Of a stretch of DNA of 64,000 bases, positions 9,010 to 17,721 are shown piece after piece. Position 1 is the stretch's first letter. Each line of letters starts with the position of its first letter. A program made the position numbers and the translations under genes. The notes below the pieces were generated by a model. That model was not told where the DNA came from, searched no databases, and saw nothing but the letters and a program-made list of their open reading frames with translations. This stretch comes from Kiloniellaceae bacterium (lineage in GTDB: Bacteria > Pseudomonadota > Alphaproteobacteria > Kiloniellales > Kiloniellaceae): positions 21,637 to 85,636 of the forward strand of contig JBHJOA010000016.1 of assembly GCA_050330205.1 (NCBI GenBank), read 5' to 3'.

Positions 9010-10485
9010 ATGAGCATCATCAAGAAAACGGCAGCCGTCGGCGGCGGCGTGATCGGCGCCGGCTGGGTCGCCCGCCTGCTGGAGAACGGCATCGACGTCG
9101 CGGTGTACGACCCGGCGCCTGAAGCCGAGCGGCGCATGCAGGCGGTGCTCGACAATGCCGAGCGCGCCTACGCCAAGCTGACCCTGGCGCCGCGCCCGAA
9201 GAAGGGCGCGCTGACGTTCCATGCCGATCTCGCCGAGGCCGTCGGCAGTGCGGAACTCGTTATCGAGTCGGTGCCCGAGCGCCTCGACATCAAGCAGGCG
9301 GTCTACGCCGAGGTGGAGGCCGCGGCGGACCCGCAGGCGATCATCGCCTCCTCGACCTCCGGCATCCTGCCCAGCGACCTGCAGGCCGGGATGAAGCACC
9401 CCGAGCGCCTGGTCGTCGCCCACCCTTTCAATCCGGTCTACCTGCTGCCCCTGGTCGAACTGGTCGGCGGCGCCAAGACCGCACCGGCGACCATCGAACG
9501 CGCCAAGGCGATCTACACCGCCCTCGGCATGCACCCGCTGCACATCAAGAAGGAGATCGAGGCCTTCGTCGCCGACCGCCTGCTGGAGGCGGTGTGGCGC
9601 GAGAGTCTCTGGCTGGTGACCGACGGCATCGCCACCACGGCGGAAATCGACGACGCCATCCGCTACGGCTTCGGCCTGCGCTGGGCGCAGATGGGCATCT
9701 TCGAGACCTACCGCATCGCCGGCGGCGAGGCCGGCATGCGCCACTTCATGGCGCAGTTCGGACCCTGCCTGAAGTGGCCCTGGACCAAGCTGACCGACGT
9801 GCCGGACTTTACCGACGAACTGGTCGACCTGGTGGCCGGCCAGTCCGACGCGCAGTCGGGACAGTATTCGATCCGCGAGCTGGAGCGTATCCGCGACGAC
9901 AACCTGATCGCCATCCTACAGGCGTTGAAGGTGAACGACTGGGGCGCCGGCAGGACCCTCGCCGACTACGAACGCCGGCAGTTCGACGCCGGGGCCGCGA
10001 CGGCGGCGGAGCCCGATTTCTCGCAGCCCGTCGTCACCCTGGAGCGCCGCGTTCCGGCCGACTGGACCGACTACAACAACCACATGAACGAGAGCCGCTA
10101 CCTGCAGTGCTTCGCCGACGCCAGCGACGCCCTGCTGCGCCTCATCGGCGTCGACGCCGACTACGTCGCCTCGGGCGGCTCCTACTTCACCGTCGAGACC
10201 CACATCCGGCACCTCGACGAGGTGGCGGCCCTGGAGCCGATCCGCGCCACCACCCAGGTGCTGGAAGCCGCCGGCAAGAAGCTGCGGCTGTTCCACCGGC
10301 TCCTTCACGCCGATGGCCGACTGCTGGCGACGGGAGAGCACATGCTGATCCATGTGGACCTGAAGACGCGCAGCGCCGCCGACCCGGCGCCGGCCATCGC
10401 CGCAATGGCCGGCGAGGTCGCCCTGGCCCATGCCGCCCTGCCCTGGCCGGAAGAAGCCGGCCGCGCCGTCGGCCAGGCACGGTAG
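9010..10485 (+). CDS. lcdH: L-carnitine dehydrogenase fused to a C-terminal hotdog (4HBT) thioesterase domain
   Basis: 491 aa. 3-hydroxyacyl-CoA-dehydrogenase-type Rossmann N-terminus (AAVGGGVIGAGWVARLL). The last ~150 aa form a thioesterase fold (WTDYNNHMNESRYLQCF..YFTVETHIRHL). Confidence 0.88.
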   Translation: MSIIKKTAAVGGGVIGAGWVARLLENGIDVAVYDPAPEAERRMQAVLDNAERAYAKLTLAPRPKKGALTFHADLAEAVGSAELVIESVPERLDIKQAVYAEVEAAADPQAIIASSTSGILPSDLQAGMKHPERLVVAHPFNPVYLLPLVELVGGAKTAPATIERAKAIYTALGMHPLHIKKEIEAFVADRLLEAVWRESLWLVTDGIATTAEIDDAIRYGFGLRWAQMGIFETYRIAGGEAGMRHFMAQFGPCLKWPWTKLTDVPDFTDELVDLVAGQSDAQSGQYSIRELERIRDDNLIAILQALKVNDWGAGRTLADYERRQFDAGAATAAEPDFSQPVVTLERRVPADWTDYNNHMNESRYLQCFADASDALLRLIGVDADYVASGGSYFTVETHIRHLDEVAALEPIRATTQVLEAAGKKLRLFHRLLHADGRLLATGEHMLIHVDLKTRSAADPAPAIAAMAGEVALAHAALPWPEEAGRAVGQAR

Positions 10486-10540
10486 GGGCCGCGAAAATGC
10501 CCTTGGCAACGTCCGTGCCGATCGCCTCGTCCTTCGAGCC

Positions 10541-10595
10541 ACGCTGCTGCGCAGCGTTCCTCAGGATGAGGCAATACTCAGACCTCATCCTGAGG
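10541..10595 (+). other. two tandem perfect stem-loops in the lcdH / acyl-CoA dehydrogenase intercistronic gap
   Basis: ACGCTGC-tgc-GCAGCGT (10541-10557), then CCTCAGGATGAGG-11 nt-CCTCATCCTGAGG (10559-10595). No U tract follows. Confidence 0.6.
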
Positions 10596-10654
10596 AGGAC
10601 CGAAGGCCCGTCTCGAAGGATGGGCGGCGCGCAGGAAAGAATGGGAGACATCCG

Positions 10655-11815
10655 ATGAACTTCGGCCTCGGCGACGAACAGCAGATGATCGTCGATACCC
10701 TGCGCAGCTTCGTCGAGAAGGAGCTCTATCCGCACGAAGCGCTGGTCGAACGCGAGGGGCAGGTGCCGCGGGAAATCGGCGAAGAGATCAAGCGCAAGTG
10801 CCTGGAGCTCGGCTTTTTCGCCGCCAACATGCCCGAAGAGGTCGGCGGTGGGGGCCTGGGCCACCTCGACTTCACCCTGCTGGAGCGCGAGCTCGGCCGC
10901 GCCTCGATGGCGCTCACGGTCTTCTTCGGGCGTCCCTCCGGCATTCTCCTGGCCTGCGAGGGCGAACAGCGTGAGCGTTACCTGCTGCCGGCCGTGAGTG
11001 GCGAGAAGTACGACGCCCTGGCGATGTCCGAGCCCGATGCCGGCTCCGACGTGCGTGGCATGAAGTGCACGGCGCGGCCCGACGGCGACGACTGGATCCT
11101 CAACGGCAGCAAGCATTTCATCAGCCATGCCGATATCGCCGACTTCGTCATCGTCTTCGTCGCCAGCGGCGAGGAAGAAACCGCCGCCGGCACCAAGAAG
11201 AAGATCACCTGCTTCCTGGTCGACCGCGGCACGCCCGGCTTCGAGATCCTGAAGGGTTACAACTCGGTCTCGCACCGCGGCTATCACAACTGCATCCTCT
11301 CCTTCGACAACTGCCGGCTGCCGAAGGCGCAGATCCTGGGGGAGGTCCACCGCGGTTTCGAACTCGCCAATGACTGGCTCTACGCCACCCGCCTCACCGT
11401 CGCCGCCATGGCGGTCGGGCGGGCGCGCCGCGCCTTCGACTACGCGCTCGGCTATGCCGCCGAGCGCAAACAGTTCGGCCAGAAGATCGGCCGCTTCCAG
11501 GGCGTCTCCTTCAAGCTCGCCGACATGGTGACGGAGATCGACGCGGCGGACTGGCTGACGCTCGCCGCCGCCTGGCGCCTCGACCAGGGCCTGCCGGCCA
11601 ACCGCGAGATCGCCTCGGCCAAGCTCTACGCCACCGAGATGCTGGCCCGGGTCACCGACGAGGCGATCCAGGTACACGGCGGCATGGGCCTGATGGACGA
11701 CCTGCCGCTGGAGCGCTTCTGGCGCGACGCCCGGGTCGAGCGCATCTGGGACGGCACTTCGGAGATCCAGCGCCACATCATCTCGCGCGAACTGTTGCGG
11801 CCGCTCGGATGCTGA
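10655..11815 (+). CDS. acyl-CoA dehydrogenase (gamma-butyrobetainyl-CoA dehydrogenase candidate)
   Basis: 386 aa from ATG 10655 (GGGAGA SD). ACAD N, M and C domains. C-terminal motif IWDGTSEIQRHII. The specific role is inferred from context. Confidence 0.88.
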   Translation: MNFGLGDEQQMIVDTLRSFVEKELYPHEALVEREGQVPREIGEEIKRKCLELGFFAANMPEEVGGGGLGHLDFTLLERELGRASMALTVFFGRPSGILLACEGEQRERYLLPAVSGEKYDALAMSEPDAGSDVRGMKCTARPDGDDWILNGSKHFISHADIADFVIVFVASGEEETAAGTKKKITCFLVDRGTPGFEILKGYNSVSHRGYHNCILSFDNCRLPKAQILGEVHRGFELANDWLYATRLTVAAMAVGRARRAFDYALGYAAERKQFGQKIGRFQGVSFKLADMVTEIDAADWLTLAAAWRLDQGLPANREIASAKLYATEMLARVTDEAIQVHGGMGLMDDLPLERFWRDARVERIWDGTSEIQRHIISRELLRPLGC

Positions 11816-13896
11816 CTCCGCCGCGACCGCTGGAGCGCTTGCTGCGCCCCCGCACCCTCGCCGTCATCGGCGGCGACCCGGCGGCGGAGGTCGTCCGCCA
11901 ATGCGACCGCATGGGCTACGGCGGCGAGATCTGGCCGGTGCATCCGACCAGGGAAGAGGTCGCCGGCCGCCGCGCGTTCAGGAGCATTGCCGAACTGCCC
12001 GGGGCGCCGGATGCCGCTTTCATCGCGGTCAACCGCCACCTAACCATCGACGCCGTGCGCGATCTGGCAGCGTTGGGGGCAGGCGGCGCGGTCTGCTATG
12101 CCTCGGGCTTCCGCGAGGCCGGGAACGAAGACGCCGAAGGCGAGGCCCTGCAGGCACGCCTGATCGAGGCCGCCGGGGCCATGCCGATCATCGGCCCCAA
12201 CTGCTACGGCCTCATCAACTACGGCGACGGCGCCCTGCTGTGGCCCGACCAGCACGGCGGCCGGCGGCTCGCGGCCGGCGAGCGCGGCGTCGCCATCGTC
12301 ACCCAGTCCTCGAACATCGCCATCAACATGACGATGCAGCGGCGCGGCCTGCCGCTAGCCTACGTGCTGACCGCCGGCAACCAGGCGCAGACGGGACTCT
12401 CCGACCTCGCCCTCGGCCTGCTCGACGACCCGCGGGTGACGGCCCTCGGCCTGCATATCGAAGGCTTCGACTCCCTTGCCGGCATGGAAGCCGTGGCGGC
12501 GAAGGCCCGCGCATTGCGCAAGCCCGTGGTCGCCATGAAGCTGGGCCGCTCGGCCCAGGCGCGTGCCGCCACCCTTTCCCATACCGCCTCGCTGGCCGGC
12601 TCCGATGCCGCCGCCGACGCATTCCTGAAGCGGCTCGGTATCGCCCGCCTCGCCAGCATTCCCGCCTTCCTGGAAACGCTGAAGCTGCTGCATGTCGTCG
12701 GCCCCCTGCCGGGGTCGGCGATCTCCTCGATGAGCTGCTCCGGCGGCGAGGCCTCGGTGATGGCCGATGCGGCGGAGGGCCGCGGAGTCGCGTTCCGCGC
12801 GCTCGGCGCCGCAGAGGCCAAGGCGGTGAAGGCCACCCTGGGACCGCTGGTCGCGGTGTCCAATCCGCTCGACTATCACACCTTCATCTGGGCCGACGAA
12901 CAGGCGATGACAGCGACCTTCACCGCCATGGTGGGCGCCGGCTTCGACCTCAACCTGCTGGTGCTCGACTTCCCGCGCGCCGACCGCTGCGACGACGCCG
13001 ACTGGTGGCCGACACTGCGCGCCTTCGAGGCCGCTCTGCGGACCCACGATGCGAGAGGCGCGGTGGTGGCCAGCCTGCCGGAGAACTTCACCGAGGACCA
13101 GGCGGCCGTGCTTATCGGCCGCGGCATCGCCCCCCTGGCCGGCATCGACGATGCCCTGGCGGCGGCCGAAGCGGCGGCCGCCATCGGCGCGGCCTGGCGG
13201 CACGACCCGGCGGCGCCCGTCGCCGCCTCTGCCCGGAGCGAAGCCGGCGGGTTGGAGACCCTGGACGAAGCCGACGCCAAGGCGCTGCTGAAGGCGCGGG
13301 GTGTCGCCGTGCCCGAAGGCCGCCGCGCGACCGACCCGGACGACGCCGTCGCCGCCGCGGCCGAACTCGGCTACCCCGTTGCCCTGAAAGCCCTCGGCCT
13401 CGCCCACAAGACCGAGGCCGGCGCGGTACGGCTGAACCTCGCCTCGCCGGAGGCCCTGCGCGCCGCCGCCCGCGAACTCGCGACCCTCGGCGAGGGACTC
13501 TATGTCGAACGCATGGTCGCCGATCCCCTGGCCGAGGTCATCGTCGGCATCACCCTCGAGCCGCCCTTCGGCCCGGTGCTGACCCTCGGCAGCGGCGGCG
13601 AACTGGTCGAACTGCTGCGCGACACCGCGACCTTGCTGCTGCCCGCGAGCCGTGACGACATCGCCGCCGCGTTTGCCGGGCTGCGCTCGGCACCGCTGCT
13701 GGCCGGATACCGCGGCCGCCCCCGGGGCGATCTCGCCGCCGCCGTCGCGGTGGTCGAGGCGGTGCAGCGACTTGCGCTGGCGCAAGCGGCGTCTATCGTG
13801 GAACTCGAAATCAATCCCTTGATCGTCTCAGCCGAAGGCCGCGGCGCCGTCGCCGCGGACGCGCTTATCGTCAGGAGGAAAGTGGCCGATGACTGA
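11809..13896 (+). CDS. ADP-forming acyl-CoA synthetase (CoA-binding + ATP-grasp)
   Basis: 695 aa. CoA-binding N-terminus (RTLAVIGG..IWPVHP), ligase-CoA domain, C-terminal ATP-grasp. The start overlaps the upstream stop (ATGCTGA). Confidence 0.85.
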   Translation: MLTPPRPLERLLRPRTLAVIGGDPAAEVVRQCDRMGYGGEIWPVHPTREEVAGRRAFRSIAELPGAPDAAFIAVNRHLTIDAVRDLAALGAGGAVCYASGFREAGNEDAEGEALQARLIEAAGAMPIIGPNCYGLINYGDGALLWPDQHGGRRLAAGERGVAIVTQSSNIAINMTMQRRGLPLAYVLTAGNQAQTGLSDLALGLLDDPRVTALGLHIEGFDSLAGMEAVAAKARALRKPVVAMKLGRSAQARAATLSHTASLAGSDAAADAFLKRLGIARLASIPAFLETLKLLHVVGPLPGSAISSMSCSGGEASVMADAAEGRGVAFRALGAAEAKAVKATLGPLVAVSNPLDYHTFIWADEQAMTATFTAMVGAGFDLNLLVLDFPRADRCDDADWWPTLRAFEAALRTHDARGAVVASLPENFTEDQAAVLIGRGIAPLAGIDDALAAAEAAAAIGAAWRHDPAAPVAASARSEAGGLETLDEADAKALLKARGVAVPEGRRATDPDDAVAAAAELGYPVALKALGLAHKTEAGAVRLNLASPEALRAAARELATLGEGLYVERMVADPLAEVIVGITLEPPFGPVLTLGSGGELVELLRDTATLLLPASRDDIAAAFAGLRSAPLLAGYRGRPRGDLAAAVAVVEAVQRLALAQAASIVELEINPLIVSAEGRGAVAADALIVRRKVADD

Positions 13897-14707
13897 CCCG
13901 AAAACGGCACCCAAGTCTCCCTCGAAGAACCACGTCATCCGCTGCCGTCGCGAAGGTGGTGTGCTCGAGGTGATCCTCGATCGCCCAAAGGCCAATGCCA
14001 TCGACCTGGCGACCAGCCGCGTCATGGGCCAGACCTTCAAGGCCTTCCGCGACAACCCCGAGCTGCGGGTCGCGATCGTTACCGGCGGCGGCGACCGGTT
14101 CTTCTCCGCCGGCTGGGATCTGAAGGCGGCGGCCGGCGGCGATGCGGTCGACGGCGACTACGGCGTCGGCGGCTTCGGCGGTCTGCAGGAACTGCGCGAC
14201 CTCAACAAGCCGGTGATCGCGGCGGTGAACGGCATGGCGGTGGGCGGCGGCTTCGAGCTGGCGCTTTCGGCCGACCTCATCCTGGCGGCCGAGGATGCCA
14301 CCTTCGCGCTGCCGGAGATTCGCGCCGGCACCCTGGCCGATGCCGCCACGGTGAAGCTGCCCAAGCGCATGCCCTACCACATCGCCATGGACCTGCTGCT
14401 GACCGGCCGCTGGATGGATGCCGAAGAGGCCCACCGCTGGGGGCTGGTGAACGAGGTTGTGCCGCGGGACAAGCTGATGACGCGCGCCTGGGAGATCGCC
14501 GAGCTTCTGGCGTCCGGCCCGCCGCTGGTCTTCGCCGCCATCAAGGAGGTCGCGCGCGAGGCCGAGGCCCTGTCCTTCCGCGATGCCATGAACCGCATCA
14601 CCAAGCGGCAGTTCCGCAGCGTCGACGTCCTCTACGACAGCGAGGACCAGCAGGAGGGCTTCCGCGCCTTCGCCGAGAAACGCGACCCGGTGTGGAAGGG
14701 CCGCTGA
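13889..14707 (+). CDS. caiD: carnitinyl-CoA dehydratase (crotonase family)
   Basis: 272 aa. Collinear with E. coli CaiD as I recall it: LDRPKANAID, FFSAGWDLKAAA, ELALSAD, C-terminal FAEKRDPVWKGR. Confidence 0.88.
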   Translation: MTDPKTAPKSPSKNHVIRCRREGGVLEVILDRPKANAIDLATSRVMGQTFKAFRDNPELRVAIVTGGGDRFFSAGWDLKAAAGGDAVDGDYGVGGFGGLQELRDLNKPVIAAVNGMAVGGGFELALSADLILAAEDATFALPEIRAGTLADAATVKLPKRMPYHIAMDLLLTGRWMDAEEAHRWGLVNEVVPRDKLMTRAWEIAELLASGPPLVFAAIKEVAREAEALSFRDAMNRITKRQFRSVDVLYDSEDQQEGFRAFAEKRDPVWKGR

Positions 14708-14718
14708 GGCCGCCCGGC

Positions 14719-15693
14719 ATGTCCCCGCCCCGCCCGCAGGAACCCGAGATCCTGGCCTTCGTCGCCGAGGTCGAGAGCTTCTACCCGCCGGATGCCGTCG
14801 ACCTGACGGTCGACGCGCAGCGCCGCTGCTACGACGACCTCTGCCGCCATTTCGATGCGCATCTGCCGCCGGACCTCACCGTCGGCGACGCGGCAGCGGC
14901 ACACCCCGACGCGCCGGTGCCGCTGCGCCGCTACAGGCCCGCCGGGATCCGGCAGCAGACCGTCATCGTCTATTTCCACGGCGGTGGCTTCGTGGTCGGC
15001 GGCCTCGACAGCCACCATGCCGTCTGCGCCGAGATCGCCACCGCCACCGGCAGCGAACTCTGCGCCGTCGACTATCGCCTGGCCCCCGAACACCGCTTTC
15101 CCCTGGCCCTGACCGACTGCCTCGCCGCGCTGCTGGCCCAGGCAGGCCGGCCGATCGTGGTGGCGGGCGACAGCGCCGGCGGCAACCTCGCCGCCGGGGT
15201 CGCCATGACCCTGCGCGACGCCGCCCGCGGCACGGCCGCCGCAATGGACCTGCTGCGGGCGTCCGGCTGGCAACCCGGCGCGCCGCTGCCCCGCGTGACC
15301 GGCCAGGCGCTGATCTATCCCGTGCTGGGCGGACGCCTCGACAGCGGCTCCTTCGTGGAGATGGCCGAGGCGCCGGGACTGACCACGGCCGACGTGCGCT
15401 ACTACCGCGATATCCTCGGCGCGCCGGAAGGCGATCCCTATGGTCATCCCCTGGCCGCCGCCGACTGGTCCGGCCTGCCGCCGGCCTACATCACCGCCGC
15501 CCATTTCGACCCGCTGCGCGACGACGGCCGCCACTACGCCGCACGCCTCGCGGAAGCGGGTGTCGCCGTGACCTACCGCGAGGAACCACAGATGGTGCAT
15601 GCCTGGCTGCGCGCGCGTCACCACAGTCCCGGCGCCCGGGCCGCCTTCGCCGCCCTCTGCCGGGGAGTGGACGAACTGCTCACAGCGGTGTAG
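14719..15693 (+). CDS. alpha/beta hydrolase fold-3 esterase (HSL family)
   Basis: 324 aa from ATG 14719. Oxyanion motif HGGGF and nucleophile elbow GDSAGG. Confidence 0.85.
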   Translation: MSPPRPQEPEILAFVAEVESFYPPDAVDLTVDAQRRCYDDLCRHFDAHLPPDLTVGDAAAAHPDAPVPLRRYRPAGIRQQTVIVYFHGGGFVVGGLDSHHAVCAEIATATGSELCAVDYRLAPEHRFPLALTDCLAALLAQAGRPIVVAGDSAGGNLAAGVAMTLRDAARGTAAAMDLLRASGWQPGAPLPRVTGQALIYPVLGGRLDSGSFVEMAEAPGLTTADVRYYRDILGAPEGDPYGHPLAAADWSGLPPAYITAAHFDPLRDDGRHYAARLAEAGVAVTYREEPQMVHAWLRARHHSPGARAAFAALCRGVDELLTAV

Positions 15694-15707
15694 CGGCGGC
15701 AGCCGCC

Positions 15708-17720
15708 TTACATCAGGTCGCGGGCGATCCGGCGCTGCCAGGTCTTCGCATGAACCCGGCGATCGCCTTCGAAGGCTTCGACCGATGCGGTGATCTGGAA
15801 GGCGTCCGCACTGCATTGCAGGCTGGCGACGCTTTCCGTGCGCACGGCCCAGTCGCCGCGCCGAAGTTCGCTGGTCCAGCGGCACTCGCCCGACGCCCGG
15901 TCGGGCTCGTCCAGAGGCAGGGCCCAGACCTCGTCGCGCTGCTGCCGCGTGATGAGGCCGGTCTGCGGATGCTCGTATGCACCGGTGTCCTCGTGGATCG
16001 TGTAGCGGGTCACGCCGGCGGTCAGGTCGCGCACGGCTTCACGCCGGCTTGCCGGGGGCGCATGCTCGATGTAGCGCGGCAACGGATCGGGGTTCGCCGG
16101 CGCCGGCACCTGGATTTCCGCGTGCGGGCCGAGCAGCGGCAAGGTCAACTCGGCTCCGGCCGCAAGATCCACCATCACGGCGGCAGCACCCGGCGTCGGC
16201 AGCACCAGCGGCCAGCAGGCGTTGGACAGAGAGAGCCGCAGGCGGTGGCCGGGCGGCAGGCGGTAGCCGCAGGCGTCCAGCCGCAGCTTGACCGCCACGG
16301 TCCGGCCCGCGGGCATGGGCTGCGGATCGGCACTGCCGTCCCGGTGCGCGAGGTTCAGAACGCCGTAGCCGATGCGCATCGCCGTGCCGTCGGGATGGAC
16401 GTCGACCAGGCGCGCCGCCAGCAGCGCGGTCGCCGCGGCACAGCCGGTCGAAAGCGTCAGCAGCGGGCGGCCCAGTATCTCCAGGGCCTCGGTCAGCGGC
16501 GCGGTTTCGAAGACGACACTGCCGCCGTCGTCGACGCGCTGGTCGGCGGGCAACTCGGCATCGGGCTTCTGGGTGAAGTACTCGCCGCCCATGATCCCGG
16601 TGTCGGGGGGCGAGTCGATGACGACGGTCGTTTCCCCGCCGCCATCGCGGCGCGCGTCCGTGGCCGGCACCAGCCGACGTTCGGCGGTCAGGTGGAAGCG
16701 CGCCGCCGGCGCCTCGCCGGACCACGAGTCCACGGCAACCCAGCGGCCAGGGTCGTGCTCGCGCCGTGGCGCCGGCCGCAGCGCGTCGAGAATGTAGGCG
16801 CGCAGCTGCGGGTCGTGCTCGGCACCGTTTTCGACGCCCTTCAGCCAGCGGTCCCAAAAGCGCCGCGCCACGCCGTGGAAGTCCATGCGTGGCTTTGGCC
16901 AGGCGAAGTGCGGGTACTTGTGAATCCAGGGGCCGAGGATCGCCTGGGCGGAGGAGCCTAGACCCTCGACCGCCTCCAGCGGCGTGTTGCGATAGCCGTC
17001 GGCCCAGCCGGCGATGAGCAGCGCAGGCACCTCGAAACCGTCGAAGTCCTCGCAGATCGACCCGTGCCGCCAGTAGGCGTCGCGGCGCTGGTGCGCCAGC
17101 CAGGCCTCCAGCATGAAGGGTTCGCCCTCCAGGCGTTCCAGCCACATCGCCCGCCAGCGGTCGCCGACCAGGACGGGGTCGGGCGGGCGCGACTGATAAG
17201 CCAGCATTGTGGCCGCCCAGGACAGGTGGGCCGACAGCAGGGCGCCGCCCTTGTAGTGGATGTCGTCGGCGAAGCGGTCGACGGTGGAGGCAATGGAGAT
17301 CACCGCCTGCAACCCCGGCGGACGCAGCGCCGCCACCTGCATCGCATTGAAGCCGCCCCAGGAGATGCCCATCATGCCGACCGCGCCGGAACACCAGTCC
17401 TGCGCGGCGATCCAGGCGATCACCTCGCAGGCGTCGGAAAGCTCCCGCGGCGAGTATTCGTCGTCGATCACGCCCTCGGATTCTCCCGAGCCGCGGATGT
17501 CGACGCGCACACCGGCATAGCCCGCGGCGGCGAAAACGGGATAGGTGCTCTCGTCGCGGGGTGCCGTGCCGTCGCGCTTGCGGTAGGGCAGGAACTCGAG
17601 GATCGCCGGCACCGGTGCCGTTCCGGCGTCCAGTGGCAGCCAGATGCGGGCAGCGAGGCGCGCGCCGTCGGCAAGGACGATCCACTCGTTCTCGATGACC
17701 TTGCAGGCCGGGTCGCTCAA
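15708..17720 (-). CDS. CocE/NonD family hydrolase (S15 X-Pro dipeptidyl-peptidase-like)
   Basis: 670 aa. LEFLPYRKRDG, GISWGG nucleophile elbow, large C-terminal beta-sandwich domain. Last gene of the ABC importer operon (1-nt gap to the ATPase gene). Confidence 0.88.
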   Translation of the reverse strand: MSDPACKVIENEWIVLADGARLAARIWLPLDAGTAPVPAILEFLPYRKRDGTAPRDESTYPVFAAAGYAGVRVDIRGSGESEGVIDDEYSPRELSDACEVIAWIAAQDWCSGAVGMMGISWGGFNAMQVAALRPPGLQAVISIASTVDRFADDIHYKGGALLSAHLSWAATMLAYQSRPPDPVLVGDRWRAMWLERLEGEPFMLEAWLAHQRRDAYWRHGSICEDFDGFEVPALLIAGWADGYRNTPLEAVEGLGSSAQAILGPWIHKYPHFAWPKPRMDFHGVARRFWDRWLKGVENGAEHDPQLRAYILDALRPAPRREHDPGRWVAVDSWSGEAPAARFHLTAERRLVPATDARRDGGGETTVVIDSPPDTGIMGGEYFTQKPDAELPADQRVDDGGSVVFETAPLTEALEILGRPLLTLSTGCAAATALLAARLVDVHPDGTAMRIGYGVLNLAHRDGSADPQPMPAGRTVAVKLRLDACGYRLPPGHRLRLSLSNACWPLVLPTPGAAAVMVDLAAGAELTLPLLGPHAEIQVPAPANPDPLPRYIEHAPPASRREAVRDLTAGVTRYTIHEDTGAYEHPQTGLITRQQRDEVWALPLDEPDRASGECRWTSELRRGDWAVRTESVASLQCSADAFQITASVEAFEGDRRVHAKTWQRRIARDLM

Positions 17721-17721
17721 G

